A stretch of 60,280 nucleotides of DNA. It comes from Candidatus Omnitrophota bacterium (lineage in GTDB: Bacteria > Omnitrophota > Gorgyraeia > Zapsychrales > Zapsychraceae). Below, piece after piece: positions 45,612-57,700 of this stretch. The notes beneath the pieces were generated by a model that was not told where the DNA came from, did not search any database, and was given only the letters and a program-made list of their open reading frames with translations. The stretch covers positions 1-60,280 of the forward strand of contig JANQMA010000023.1 in NCBI GenBank assembly GCA_028280285.1, read 5' to 3'. Position numbers and translations under genes: made by a program. Every line of letters begins with the position of its first letter. Within the stretch, counting starts at the first letter, position 1.

Positions 45612-46811
45612 CTATGTTAATCCCTGCCAAATGGAAAATACCGGTAAATAGATCGCCAAAAGTGTGATTACGATGATGATGCCTACAAAAACAATCAAAG
45701 CCGGCTCAATAATCGTAAAAAATTTATTCTGCCTGTATTCGACCTCTTCATCAAAATGATGTCCCAGCGTTTCTAACACATCGACAGTCCGCCCGCTGGC
45801 CTCGGCGATTCCAACCATTTCAATCAGCATTACCGGAAAAGTGGCTGCCTCTTTAAAGGCTTCGTATAAAGAAACCCCCTGCTCTACCTTTTCCTGCACA
45901 TCATTAATCCCGTCACGGATGTATTGATTACCCGCGGTCGTTTTTGAAACCTCAAAACTTTCAACCAAAGGTACGCCCGCCCCTATCATAATCGACAAAG
46001 AATTAATGAAGCGCCCTAAAAACATGGACTGCAAAATGTATCCCCAAAACGGAATTTTCAGCTTTAATTTATCAATGTAATACGAAAATTTTTCTTTTTG
46101 CCGCATAAATTTGTACATACCAAAAAAGATTATGCCAATAATAAGAACACTAAGAATAAATGCCCACGAGCGCATAGCCTCTGATATCCCAATAACAATC
46201 CTTGTTAAAGCCGGAAGCTCAACGTTCAATTTAAACAAGACTTTTTGAAAAGTAGGCACAACAAAGGCAAACATACAGATAATCACCAAAATCGCAAATG
46301 AAACCACGATACTGGGATAAAGGGTGACTTTTTTCGTACGCATAATATTTTGCCGGCGCTGCTCCAAATACTGCGTCAGCCTTTTAAGGACAGCAACCAA
46401 TCCCCCTGCCTTTTCCGCGACAGAAATAAGCGCAAGATACAAAGGTGGAAAGATATTAGGGAACTCCCCCAAGGCCTCTGAAATCTTTTTCCCCTTCTCC
46501 AAGTTAAGACGCACATAACTAATCACAAGTTGCATCGTCTTATCTTCTGTTTGCCGCCACAAAATATTCATGGCTAACAAAATCGGAATCCCTGATTCAA
46601 TTAAGGTCGAAAGTCGACGCGTAAACATAAGAAGAATATCAAGTTTTACTTTTTTGGCGTAAATGTGTTTCTTATCATAAGGCTTAGCGCCGATAAAATA
46701 AAAGCTTGAACCGCGCAAATGCTCTTTAACCTCACTCACACTCCGCGCCTCGATAAACCCGAATAACGGCCTACCTGAATCGTCTTTTAATTTATAAATA
46801 TAACTTTTCAT
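45612..46811 (-). CDS. pilC: Type IV pilus platform protein PilC/GspF
   Basis: 399 aa. Duplicated T2SSF domains, three TM segments, typical ...GIPILLAMNIL... and ...GAGVPLVESFEV... segments. Confidence 0.85.
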   Translation of the reverse strand: MKSYIYKLKDDSGRPLFGFIEARSVSEVKEHLRGSSFYFIGAKPYDKKHIYAKKVKLDILLMFTRRLSTLIESGIPILLAMNILWRQTEDKTMQLVISYVRLNLEKGKKISEALGEFPNIFPPLYLALISVAEKAGGLVAVLKRLTQYLEQRRQNIMRTKKVTLYPSIVVSFAILVIICMFAFVVPTFQKVLFKLNVELPALTRIVIGISEAMRSWAFILSVLIIGIIFFGMYKFMRQKEKFSYYIDKLKLKIPFWGYILQSMFLGRFINSLSIMIGAGVPLVESFEVSKTTAGNQYIRDGINDVQEKVEQGVSLYEAFKEAATFPVMLIEMVGIAEASGRTVDVLETLGHHFDEEVEYRQNKFFTIIEPALIVFVGIIIVITLLAIYLPVFSIWQGLT

Positions 46812-46817
46812 ATTCGT

Positions 46818-48467
46818 CTACTCTATTGTAGTTATCCGCATCACTTCTTCGAGCGTCGTTTGTTGCTGCATCACTTTCATAAGTCCAGATTGTCTTAATG
46901 TCGTCATACCTTTTTTTTGGGCATGGGCGGCCAAATCACTTTCGTCGGCCGATTTAACAATCATGTCTTTCATTGCTTTATCAATACATAAAATCTCAAA
47001 GATGCCTGTACGCCCGACATAACCTGTATTAAAACATTTATCACACCCAACAGCTTCAGCTAATTTTGTGCCATTTTTAAATGGGACGTACCCTTTAATC
47101 AAATCGATCGTTTCTTGATCCGGTGTATACTCCCGACGGCAATCCGGACAAAGCGCACGTACCAAACGTTGCGCCACAACACCGATCACAGAAGAACCGA
47201 TGAGAAACGGCTCAATACCCATTTCGAGTAAGCGTGTCACCGCGCCGGCCGCCGTATTGGTATGCACCGTGGATAAAACCAAATGCCCGGTTAATGCCGC
47301 ACGGATCGCGGCATCCGCTGTCTCCACATCGCGGATTTCACCGAGCATAATAATATCCGGATCATGACGCAGGATATTGCGCATGGCACTGGCAAACGTA
47401 TAACCGATGTAACTATTAACCGGTGTTTGATTAATTCCTTCCAGTTCATATTCAACCGGATCTTCAACCGAAATAATATTTTTCGCAACATCATTGAGTT
47501 GTGTCATCAGCGAATAAAGCGTTGTGCTTTTGCCGGCACCCGTCGGACCGGAAACAAGAATCAGACCGTGCGGGCGGCCCATAAGCTCAGTCATCATGTT
47601 TACTTCCGCTGCATCCATACCGAGTGATTCAAATGAACGGCTTGCAAATTTTTTGCTGAGAATACGTAAAACCAGATTCTCACCGTAGATATTACATAAT
47701 GTCGAGATACGCAGGTCATATTCAACACCGGCATGAGTGAACGTCGTGCGTCCATCCTGCGGACGACGGGTTTCGGCCACATCCATACCCGCAATAATTT
47801 TAATACGCGCAATGACATTGCGCTGAAGCTCCCGCGCTACAGGCGACTTTTCATACAAAACACCATCAATGCGGAAACGCACACGCATCTTATCTTTATG
47901 CGGCTCAAAATGAATGTCTGACGCTCTTTCGTGAATCGCGGCATGAATAATCGAATCAACTAAACTGACAATAGTGCTAGAAGAAGCTTGTTGGCTGTCT
48001 TCTTCCTTTTTCTCTGCATCAAGTGTAAGAAATGAATGCGCATGCTCTTGCAAATGTTCTTGAATTTCTGTGAGGCTCGCCATCACCGGTTCAATCAGGT
48101 AGCCGCTTTTGTATTGAATTTCTTGCAGAGCATTTAAATCAAGGGGATTATTAGTCGCGAGTGTAATGGTATTGCCGTTAACGGCAATCGGTAAGACCTG
48201 ATGGGTTTGGGTCAACTCATAGGAAATAAGTTTAAATGCTTCTTTATCAATCGTCTCATCTGTTAAACTGACATAAGGCAGTTGAAACATCTTAGCCAAA
48301 TTCTCGGCCAATTGCTTTTCTGTTACCCACCCTTTATCGACAACCAGCTCGCCGATACGCCGGGGATCAACTTTCTGCACCTCCAGCACCTCAAACAGCT
48401 GGTCCTGTTCAAGAAGTCCTTCACGGCAAAGGACCTGCCCTAGTTTTAATGATTGCTCTTCTCCCAT
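46818..48467 (-). CDS. pilB: Type IV pilus assembly ATPase PilB/GspE
   Basis: MshEN-like N-terminus (KLGQVLCREGLLEQDQLFEVLEVQ). Walker A SGPTGAGKSTTLYS, DPDIIMLGEIRD, GHLVLSTVHT, CPDC...CDKCFNTGYVGR. ATG at 48467 (MGEEQSLKLG) is preferred over the track's start at 48536. Confidence 0.9.
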   Translation of the reverse strand: MGEEQSLKLGQVLCREGLLEQDQLFEVLEVQKVDPRRIGELVVDKGWVTEKQLAENLAKMFQLPYVSLTDETIDKEAFKLISYELTQTHQVLPIAVNGNTITLATNNPLDLNALQEIQYKSGYLIEPVMASLTEIQEHLQEHAHSFLTLDAEKKEEDSQQASSSTIVSLVDSIIHAAIHERASDIHFEPHKDKMRVRFRIDGVLYEKSPVARELQRNVIARIKIIAGMDVAETRRPQDGRTTFTHAGVEYDLRISTLCNIYGENLVLRILSKKFASRSFESLGMDAAEVNMMTELMGRPHGLILVSGPTGAGKSTTLYSLMTQLNDVAKNIISVEDPVEYELEGINQTPVNSYIGYTFASAMRNILRHDPDIIMLGEIRDVETADAAIRAALTGHLVLSTVHTNTAAGAVTRLLEMGIEPFLIGSSVIGVVAQRLVRALCPDCRREYTPDQETIDLIKGYVPFKNGTKLAEAVGCDKCFNTGYVGRTGIFEILCIDKAMKDMIVKSADESDLAAHAQKKGMTTLRQSGLMKVMQQQTTLEEVMRITTIE

Positions 48468-48768
48468 ATCGTTCTGATTGTAAAATATTTGCCCCCCAAA
48501 ATATAAGCATGAGTCAAAATACTTAACACGTACCAAACAAATAAATTACACTTCTTTTACTATTTTGACTGTTCCCTATGAAACGCCGTGGCTACGTTTC
48601 TTAAAGCTAGAGAAAATCGGATTGTATAAAAATGTTTAAACAACTATCGACTATCAATTATGGACTATAATAGGGAAATAATCAATAGGACAAACCCGGA
48701 CAAGCACGAGTGCCATTTTTCGGCAAATTACCATCATTAGCAGGTATTATTACCGTAACCATAACCGA

Positions 48769-51700
48769 TTAAATCATAGCCGGCTCAATGGCGGATAATT
48801 CGTACTCCTCTTCTTCCTGGCGGGGTGCAAGGCCAAGGAGCGGAAGCACGCTTGGCAGAGGAACAAAATTAATAATGACAGGGGTAAAGCCGCGCACATT
48901 GCCGAAATCCTCAAGTGCCGCCGGGTCAAAGTCGATCGTCACACCAGAGCCCTGACGCTCTACCTCAATATCATTCATATCAATCCCACCAACATCCGTC
49001 ATCACAGCATCATCTTTACCATCTTTCTTAACTTTTATTTGATAATAGTCGGGCTGCGTGTCTCCGCCTTTATTATAAGGCCCATTAACAACTTCAACCC
49101 CTTCAGGATAATGATCTGACTCAATTTCTATAATTTCATATTCTTCATCATCCAAACTTGCCAAATCAATCCCAGCTAAGTCAACCATTGTCTCACCTGT
49201 ATCAACAGACGTATCCAACACCCCGGCGTCAAGCGAAGTACGATATTGATTTAAAAGAGCCCCTGCGTGAATCACTTCTTCCATATACACATTCGGAGTA
49301 TGAAAACTCGGATATTCATGCATTCTATATCCAAGAGAAAAACTCTCCCCGTTTCGTGCTAAAACAATCGCATATGGCAATAGAGAAAAAATATACTCTT
49401 CAATTTTTTCTTCATTTAACCTGTCGTAATCTTTTGTATTCAGACTAGCATTAATTTTTTCCAGTTTTTCTTTTAAAATATCATGCTGTTGCTTCGCCAA
49501 CCGCGCAAGAGCTTGATCTTCCTTTTCCGGTGATTTAGTTCTAATAACTTCTAAATAAGCTTCTTTTCTTTTTTGTTTCCACGTCGTAATTGCCAACCTA
49601 TCGCGTATCATCATTTTTTGCCAACTATTTTGAAACGAATCTTTACTATGTTTATTTCGATAATTTAAATAATCCTGTAATAAATAAACTCCAAAAGTCG
49701 ATACAAATAGAATCCCTACAAAAGTCGTCAGTAAAACTGTCTGAAACGTGTCATCCGACATACCCAACACCGCGGCATCGGTATTATTTAACACATAAAG
49801 TATTTCGCGCGCCTTTACACGAAGATCTAAATAATCAACAACAGTATCACTCGATCCTCTATCTTTAAAATTAACACGTCCTGCTGTAATATCGTCAACA
49901 GCTGAAATTTTTTCTAAAACAATATTTAATCTTCGTGCTTGATCGGCATCTAAGGCATAGCGATATTTATGAACAACCAAAAGTTCCTCTAAAAATCGAT
50001 CCCGCTCCTGAACTAATTGTTGTTTAGTTTCACCAAACATAGCATAAAACATATTGTCCCCAACATATTCTATTTGCTCTTGCGAAAAATACAGCGGTAA
50101 CACATCTAAATCTAAAAACTCCTCTACTGCCCGATCAATATCTTTTCTCGAAACATTTCGATTTTTTTCATTCCATTGCTCTTTCAAATTCAAAACATGA
50201 AGTCGAGCCGATAACTTTCTTGCAAATTTTCTTACCTCATCATATAAAATGATTTCTCGCTTATTGCCATCTTCTTTCCAAGCTTGAGAAGAAACTTCTT
50301 CAAAAATATCTTGAACAATATTAACCTCACTTAATTTTTCGATTAATCTTTCTCGCTGGTCATATCTAAATTCACCTAAATAGTCGTTTAACAATTTTAA
50401 CTTATCTAACACCTTTGCCTTTTCTTCCAATAATGATTTTTGCATATCCAAAACATAAATCTGCTCAGCTTCGCTTTCGGCATAAAATGCTTTGTATCTA
50501 TTTCTTTCTTGAAATAAATCACCTTTCACAAAACGATTAACAAAAGAAGATATTTCAGCCCTATTATCACCACGCCCGTCTTCCAATTGATAAAAATGAT
50601 CAAAATCCGGCATTTTTTCTAAAAAGCTATCTGTTGTTCTTTTGGTATCAGAAGTTGAGACACTCTGAGGCGTAAAAACAGTGTCGTAACGATCCATTGT
50701 TTCAAATGTGGCTAGCTCCAAATCACGTTGTAGATTAATATCAAACCCAATATTTAATCCATTCATGTGTTTATTAACAATACCCTTATAGGGCGCATAC
50801 TCTTGTTCAGTCATTGGGTTAGCAATATACGCAAATGTAATATGCCCGACAAATGGAAATTGTGCATGAATATCAGTCCTTTTAGATATCACTGTACGAA
50901 TAACATCAATACCTTTAACAGTTTCTCTATTTTGAGGCTCCACCAAGGCAAGCAATAAAAATGGCGCAAAAGAGCCTAATTCTGTTATTTGAAAATTAAG
51001 ATTGTCAAATGCCTTTGTATCATGTAATTGCTCAAAAGCCGTCTTTACCTTTTGGACAACAATCTTCTCAACATCCTGCTGCGGCTTTCCTTGATATTCA
51101 ATATTCCTTTCTTTAATACGCGCAAGATCATCTGGATTAACCAAATCCTTAAACGTCATATGAAAAGAATCTTCATCCACAAATGCAAGCTTATCCCTTA
51201 GTCCCGCCTCGTTAATATCTTGTTCAATAGCACGTTTGACATCAACAAGCTGACTTTGTGTCCTATCATCAAAGCGAACAATCACTGTATTTCCACGAAA
51301 TTCTTTAAACTCCAAGCTATCTGGATCAAGCTTCGCCCTTGCCGGAATCACATCCTGTTCAGTAAGCTCAATTCGTTCATTCCGTAAATTTGAAAATTCA
51401 TTAAATGCTGCTTTTCTACCGGCACCAATTAATACTTTAGCTGCCTGCTCTAAATCATTAGTGTCGCTTGCAAAAATACGTATGCGATAACCAAATGTAT
51501 TTCCAACCTGAGTAGGGTCTTCTTGTAATTCTATTCCTTTTGAGTCAAGTAATGCCACTACTTGATCTAACTTAATTTCAGGAATTGTCACTTCGATTTG
51601 AGTATTATTAATAATAGCGCTCTGTCCATAAATTCGTTGCACTTCCTCCCGCAATTCATCCAACACCGCCGCGTCGTCTGCGGGCCCCTTTGCAGCTTCC

Positions 51701-54700
51701 TTTAACACCGCATTATCACCATCATCTTTTTTTGTAAAATACCCTAATAATATACCAAAGCTTCCTACAACAACCATTGCTACACCTAATACAGTAAAAA
51801 AATCCGCAGACGACATTGTGGCAAAATCATCAACATCAGCTTTCTGTCCCAACACCGCTGAGTCAACTCTAAACACTCTATCAGTCACATCCTTATTATC
51901 TCCTTGTGTTCTTTTATCCACAATATCAATCGCTAACTTCACATAACCACTTCGTTCAGTAGTCTCATAAAGATTAGCTGATTCGCTTATAAGAGAACGT
52001 ATGTGCTTCAATTCAATATCTGCATTTTCGCCTAATTCCATATAGCGTTTGATTTGGTCTAATACCGGTGGGTGCACATATACTGAAACACCGCCTCTAT
52101 TCCACATTTCATCAACTATCTTTTCATCTGCTTTCTTAAGAATTTGTTTTTTATAAATCTCATATTGAACTGTTAAATTTAGATCTTTTAAAGGCTCATA
52201 AGTCCTTAAAAGATACCCTGCACGCGCCCATTCATCAATAGAAACATTTGGAGTATTAAAACCAGGGTAATCATACATTGTATATTTTAGAGAAAATTTT
52301 TCACTGTTTTGAGCCAACAAAATAGCACTAGGTAACAATGAAAAAATATTTTCTGTTATTTGTTCATCTGACATTTTGTCATAATAACGCGTATCTAATG
52401 TCTCATTTATTCTTTCTAATTCACCCTTTAAAAAGTCAAACTGCTCTTTAACAAGCTTGGCTTTAATCTGATGCCTTCTATCTTTTGATTTACTATTGAC
52501 TATATTGTAATAAGCATTTTCACGCTTCTCTTGCCAATCCAATATTCCAGTAGAATTAAATAGCGCCAACCAATCTTCTTCAAAACCTTTAATAACTTTA
52601 TTTTCACGAAACTTTAAATATCCCCCTAAAAGTGGCGCGCCTAAAGCAAGTCCAAGTGTAATCACTAGAAAGGCTACCGTCTTAATTGTCTCAGCTGTAT
52701 CAACAGACATACCCAACACTGCATCATCTTTTTTAATAACTTCAACTCTAACTGAAGTAGTAAAATCTTCTTTTTTAGGTTCTTCAGGAAGGCTAGCAGG
52801 GGGACCACTCGCATCTATCTCCCCTATTTCGTACCACGCCATCGCTTCTGCATACCCTGTCTCATCAAAAATAGCTTCATGATATATCACATCAAACTTT
52901 TCATGAGCACGGTAAATTTCGTCGCCAATAATATCTATTACTTTTTGAATATTATTATTAGTAACAGCATCATATGCGTGTGGCTTTAGTTTATCCTGGA
53001 TAGCTTGTCTTGCCTCTCTGGATGTTATACGATCCCATTTTAATAAATCACCTAACTCAAACTTCTTTATCGCCTCAGATAATAATTCATACTGCGGCGT
53101 CTGTTCCGCATACCATCCGTCAGGTCGCACGCCTCGTGTTCCCCCCATATTGGAACCGGTCATTGTAGAAGAGAAATATTCATACTCCTTCGCGACACGA
53201 TTCATAACAGTATTTTTCAAATACTCTAATCCACGATAATCCCCCGATAAATACATTTCTCCCACAAAATCAACCGCATCTTTAATTGCTGTATGAGGCA
53301 ATGAATCCTCATTATACCTTTCCATCTCACCGGTGAGCTCATCGGCGGTGAACATCTTGTCTTCAGCAGTTAACTCCTGTAGCTCATCCCACAAATCGTT
53401 TAAATACTGCTCATCGCCAGTTTTCTTAGCATTCATTGCCTTTTCTGTTAAAAAATCCGCTGCTTTTATTTCATCCTGCATAAATCCAAACTGCTCTAAC
53501 GCTCTCTTGGCTTCAGAAGAAACATACTTATCCGCATGGGCAAGATTATTTTTTAATGTTCTAACGGCGCGCCAATAGCCAAGCTCTCCTAATGTGCTCA
53601 TCGGCTGCCAAGGATAAGGATGGTGACCATTTTTTGCCGCAGCCATGTTGGCAATCACGAGATCTTCTGCAGTAAATTCCGAAGGATATGAAAGAAATAA
53701 TTTAGCGACCTGCTCATGAATCTTTTTGTTAGAATAACCGAGAAAAGGTAGTACATACTTATTATAACTCCCATCATAATCTTGACGTGCTATTTCCCAT
53801 CCTATTTTACGAATAGCATCTAATATTTCTTGTTCAGAATGTTCATTTGGATTTTCTAAAATTTTAATTGCTGTTTTCAAGAACACAACAATCGTCGCGG
53901 CATCAGTTTCTTGCAATGTCGCACGATCTTTTTTAAGAATGTATGGTTCATTATCTCCTGTTGGAACATTCTTAGACGGATCATTTAAACCGGAAAAAAT
54001 AATATAATAAGGTTCTTCGTCCCTGTCGTGAATATTTAACGGTCGCTTTTGTCTAATAGCCGACGTAGCATTGGCACTGCTGCGTTTTCTTTCGATTTTT
54101 AATGCTATTTGACTAGGTCTGTTAGCCAGGTTTTTTAACAATTCCGGCAGTTTTACAATAAGACCCTTTGTTTCACCGGAACGCAAAGTTGTTTTGGGTT
54201 TATTGGTATCTTTGCCTTCTTCTATAAAGCCAACCTCAGCTTTTAAGCCCACATCGGTATCATCCCATTGAAGATAGGCGTCAACATTTGTAATCGACAT
54301 TTTTTCCGTGCCATTATTTTCCAAAAAAACATATAAATTATTGTCATACCATTCAACCGAGGCGCCTGGAATAGAAGTACGTATGCCTAGAACGATAAAA
54401 TCGGCCGTGGTTTTAGTGACATTAACTTCTTTAACACCGTCCCACTGCGTTGGCATCTTAACTTTATCCGGAACAAAATTGCGAATAGAGTCGACGTTAA
54501 ACGATGTTTGTGCGCCTGCCGTACATACCCCGGCCAAACACACCGTCATCAAACTTACAGTAAGCATTGGCAATACCTTAGATTTAAACAGCATCGCCTT
54601 ATCACCTTCGATGACTTTTTTGACAAAGACTCCGATTAATGGGTTTTCTTGGCTTATACGGGAGAAAAGCTCCTTTTGTGTTAGTTTCACCGCATTAAGC

Positions 54701-57700
54701 AATCCGCCCATTTCTTCAGAAAGCTCATTCTTTTCATCAGACGTAAGTTCCTTATGAAGCGCGATCGCATCCTTCCAATTTTGTGCCGATAATATCTTAA
54801 GGTCACCTTCTACCGTCCAGTCTCCACTCGCATAGTTAGCTATCAGACGAAACGTTTCCCCCACAATGTCATAAAGCGTGGTTTCTTCTCTTTGGTAGTC
54901 AACCGTATAGCTGACAGGTTTGATTTGCCCTTCTTCAAGAAGGCCTTCACTTATATATTTTGCAATGACACTATTAAACTGACCCTTAGTTCTTAATTGC
55001 TGCAGTGGTGTGTGCATATATAAAATTGTCTGTTCTTGCCCATAAGTAAAAAGGCCTCCATCCTTCATCAAATCGATTGACTTGGTAAAATTTTGCACAG
55101 TATACAAAGCATCCGGTTCGATCAAAACAATGTCATCGTTTTTAAGATCTTTTGCAATATTCGCAAATTGTGAGCCTTCTTCCTCAGCCATTTTTATCAT
55201 AAGTATGCGTATTAAATCCGCTTCTGACACCGTCTCATCGGTTACTTCGGCCATTTTGCGTAAATCAGCCGTTGCTCTTCCTTTTTTACCGGAAATGAGA
55301 ATTTTGTTTCCAATTCCTTGTTGATAAAGATGCATAATTTTTGTTAGGGCGTTTATATCGCTGTTGCCCGGTATCATTAAAATGTCGACACCTGCAGTTG
55401 CCAGCTCTCGTTCGTTTACATCATTATGCACAAGCTTACGAATCAGAGAATCTTCCTTTGTGGCCACATCCAATACGTGGAGAATATGGTCGCCCTTCTG
55501 TTGACGGGAATCCCGACTCTCATCGTTGACCAAATCCGTATACAACGACTCAACCAAATCTGGATTTTTCATACTTCCCAAAACAATCTCCGCCATCGCT
55601 TTTCTGTTGTTTAAAGATTCATTATTAACTAGTGCCTTCATTTGAACTGTAGCCACTATATAATCTTTGCCTTTCCCAAGGGTGCCTTCATCCGTTTCTT
55701 GTGCCGCTTTATTAAGAGGTTTATCAGGATCGATCGTGGGCTCTACAATTTCCGGTGGGATATTAGTGAATAAAAATGTCCTTACTTCATTCGTTTTACG
55801 ATGTTTGTAAACGGCATAGAGCGGATCATCATTGGGTATTTTTTCCCAATTAAAAAACTGAAAAGCTTCTTCAATAAATGCCGCTTCCTGTTGCGCAAAA
55901 AAGTTGGCATATTCGGTATTAATTATATTTTCATATGCCTCTAATCGGTCCGCTAAAGAATTGTCAGCTTGTGCCAAAATATTACGATTGCGTTCAAACT
56001 GATGCAATTCTTCGACATCCATTGGTTTTTCACGAACCACACCAATATGAAAATAATTTCGAATTTTTTTTCTTTCAGGACGAGGCAATTGCCGCACCTG
56101 CTCATAACGCTCCTCAATCGATTGACCGGTAATTCTCTGTTCCGCCAGATCAAGTAACGCGACACTACTGTACTCATCATAAGCCTGCTTTAACTCCCCC
56201 CTTGCAATAAATCTACTCACAATTATTTTCGGACGTGAAACACTAACAAAATCTACCAGCTCGGGTTCACTAAGCATCTCTTCTTTAACACTCTTTATAT
56301 TCCAGTGTACATAAGGATCTGCTGCGGACGCATATTCAACAATTTCAGTAAGCAAAACCCCCTGAAGGACCAATCTTACTTTTTCATCATACACACGCTC
56401 GTTTAAAATATTCTCTGGAACCTGATTTTTATTATAGGAGACAACTTCCGATGTTAACCTGTTTTTATACGTTATAACATTCTTATCTTGAGAAATCTTT
56501 TTCCATAATTCTTGTAAGTTGGAACGATCATAAAAATACGCAAACCTTTTAATCATTGTTTGCAAGCGCTCTGCTACGATCCAATTTTCTTCACCTCTAC
56601 CACCTTTTTTAAAATAGTCATATACATACTTCACCTTGGCATAAAACTCGGGATCACGTTTTGCTAAATTCCGCTCCAAATATTTGAAAAGAAACCCGGG
56701 CACTTGATGTCCGCCTAAAATGTCAGGGTCTCCATATTTATACAATTCTTGAAATATTTTTGTATCGATTTTCTTTTTATCAACATTCTTATCGATCATT
56801 TTTGTGATCGTCTCTTCTTCCAATACAAAAATAGCATTATGGTTTAAGAAAGCCTTGCCGCCATACCAGAATAAGATGAGTCCTTCTGGTATAAGCAAAA
56901 TAGGTGCATAAAAAATGGAGGCGACTACGGCTGCCACGGCCCCCACACCTATTAGAGCTTTGGTGACCCATGACAATTTCTTAGGAAAAAATATTTGATC
57001 CATCTCAGCGGATACTTCTTGAATAGAGTATTTATGCGCATTTTTTATACTCCTTTCCGCCTCTATCAACGTCATCGCCGCGTCGTCTTTACCGTTTTCC
57101 TCATTTCCTTTCGACGACACATTGCCATAATATTTCTCCTCCAAAAGATTAACTTCATCTAGAGTAGCTGGTTTTTTTAATTTATCAGGATAAATCAAAT
57201 AATCATATAGTTTGCCTAAGTCAGAATTGACCTCTTGTGTTAATTCATATAATGCATTGCTATATTCTATATTCCCTTTTTTAAATCCTTCTTGGAACTC
57301 ACGCTTAAGTCTCATTTCTTCCTGTCCAACAAAAGTAATTAGCTCATTTATGCGTGAACGCGTACTCTCATAGCGCAAAGAATTAATGACACTCTCAATA
57401 AATATTAAAAAGATGTTTATCAAAAAGGCTGAATCGGCATCAACATCTTCCGCCATCGCCGCGGCGTCTGTATTCTGTGAACCACCTTCCTTAAGAACAG
57501 CATCATCTTTATTATCTTTCTTAACTTTTATTTGATAATAGTCGGGCTGCATGTCTCCGCCTTTATTATAAGGACCATTAACAACATCAGCCCATTCAGG
57601 ATAATGATCTGACTCAATTTCCATAATTTCATATTCTTCATCATCCAAGTTTGCCAAATCAATCCCGGATAAGCCAACAATTGTCTCACCTGTATCAACA

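Noticed and set aside
48706-48722. Second sigma-54-like site upstream of pilB (minus strand TGGCACTCGTGCTTGT)
   Set aside because: The -12 element reads TTGT rather than TTGC and is shifted by one nucleotide. This is too weak to call without supporting data.
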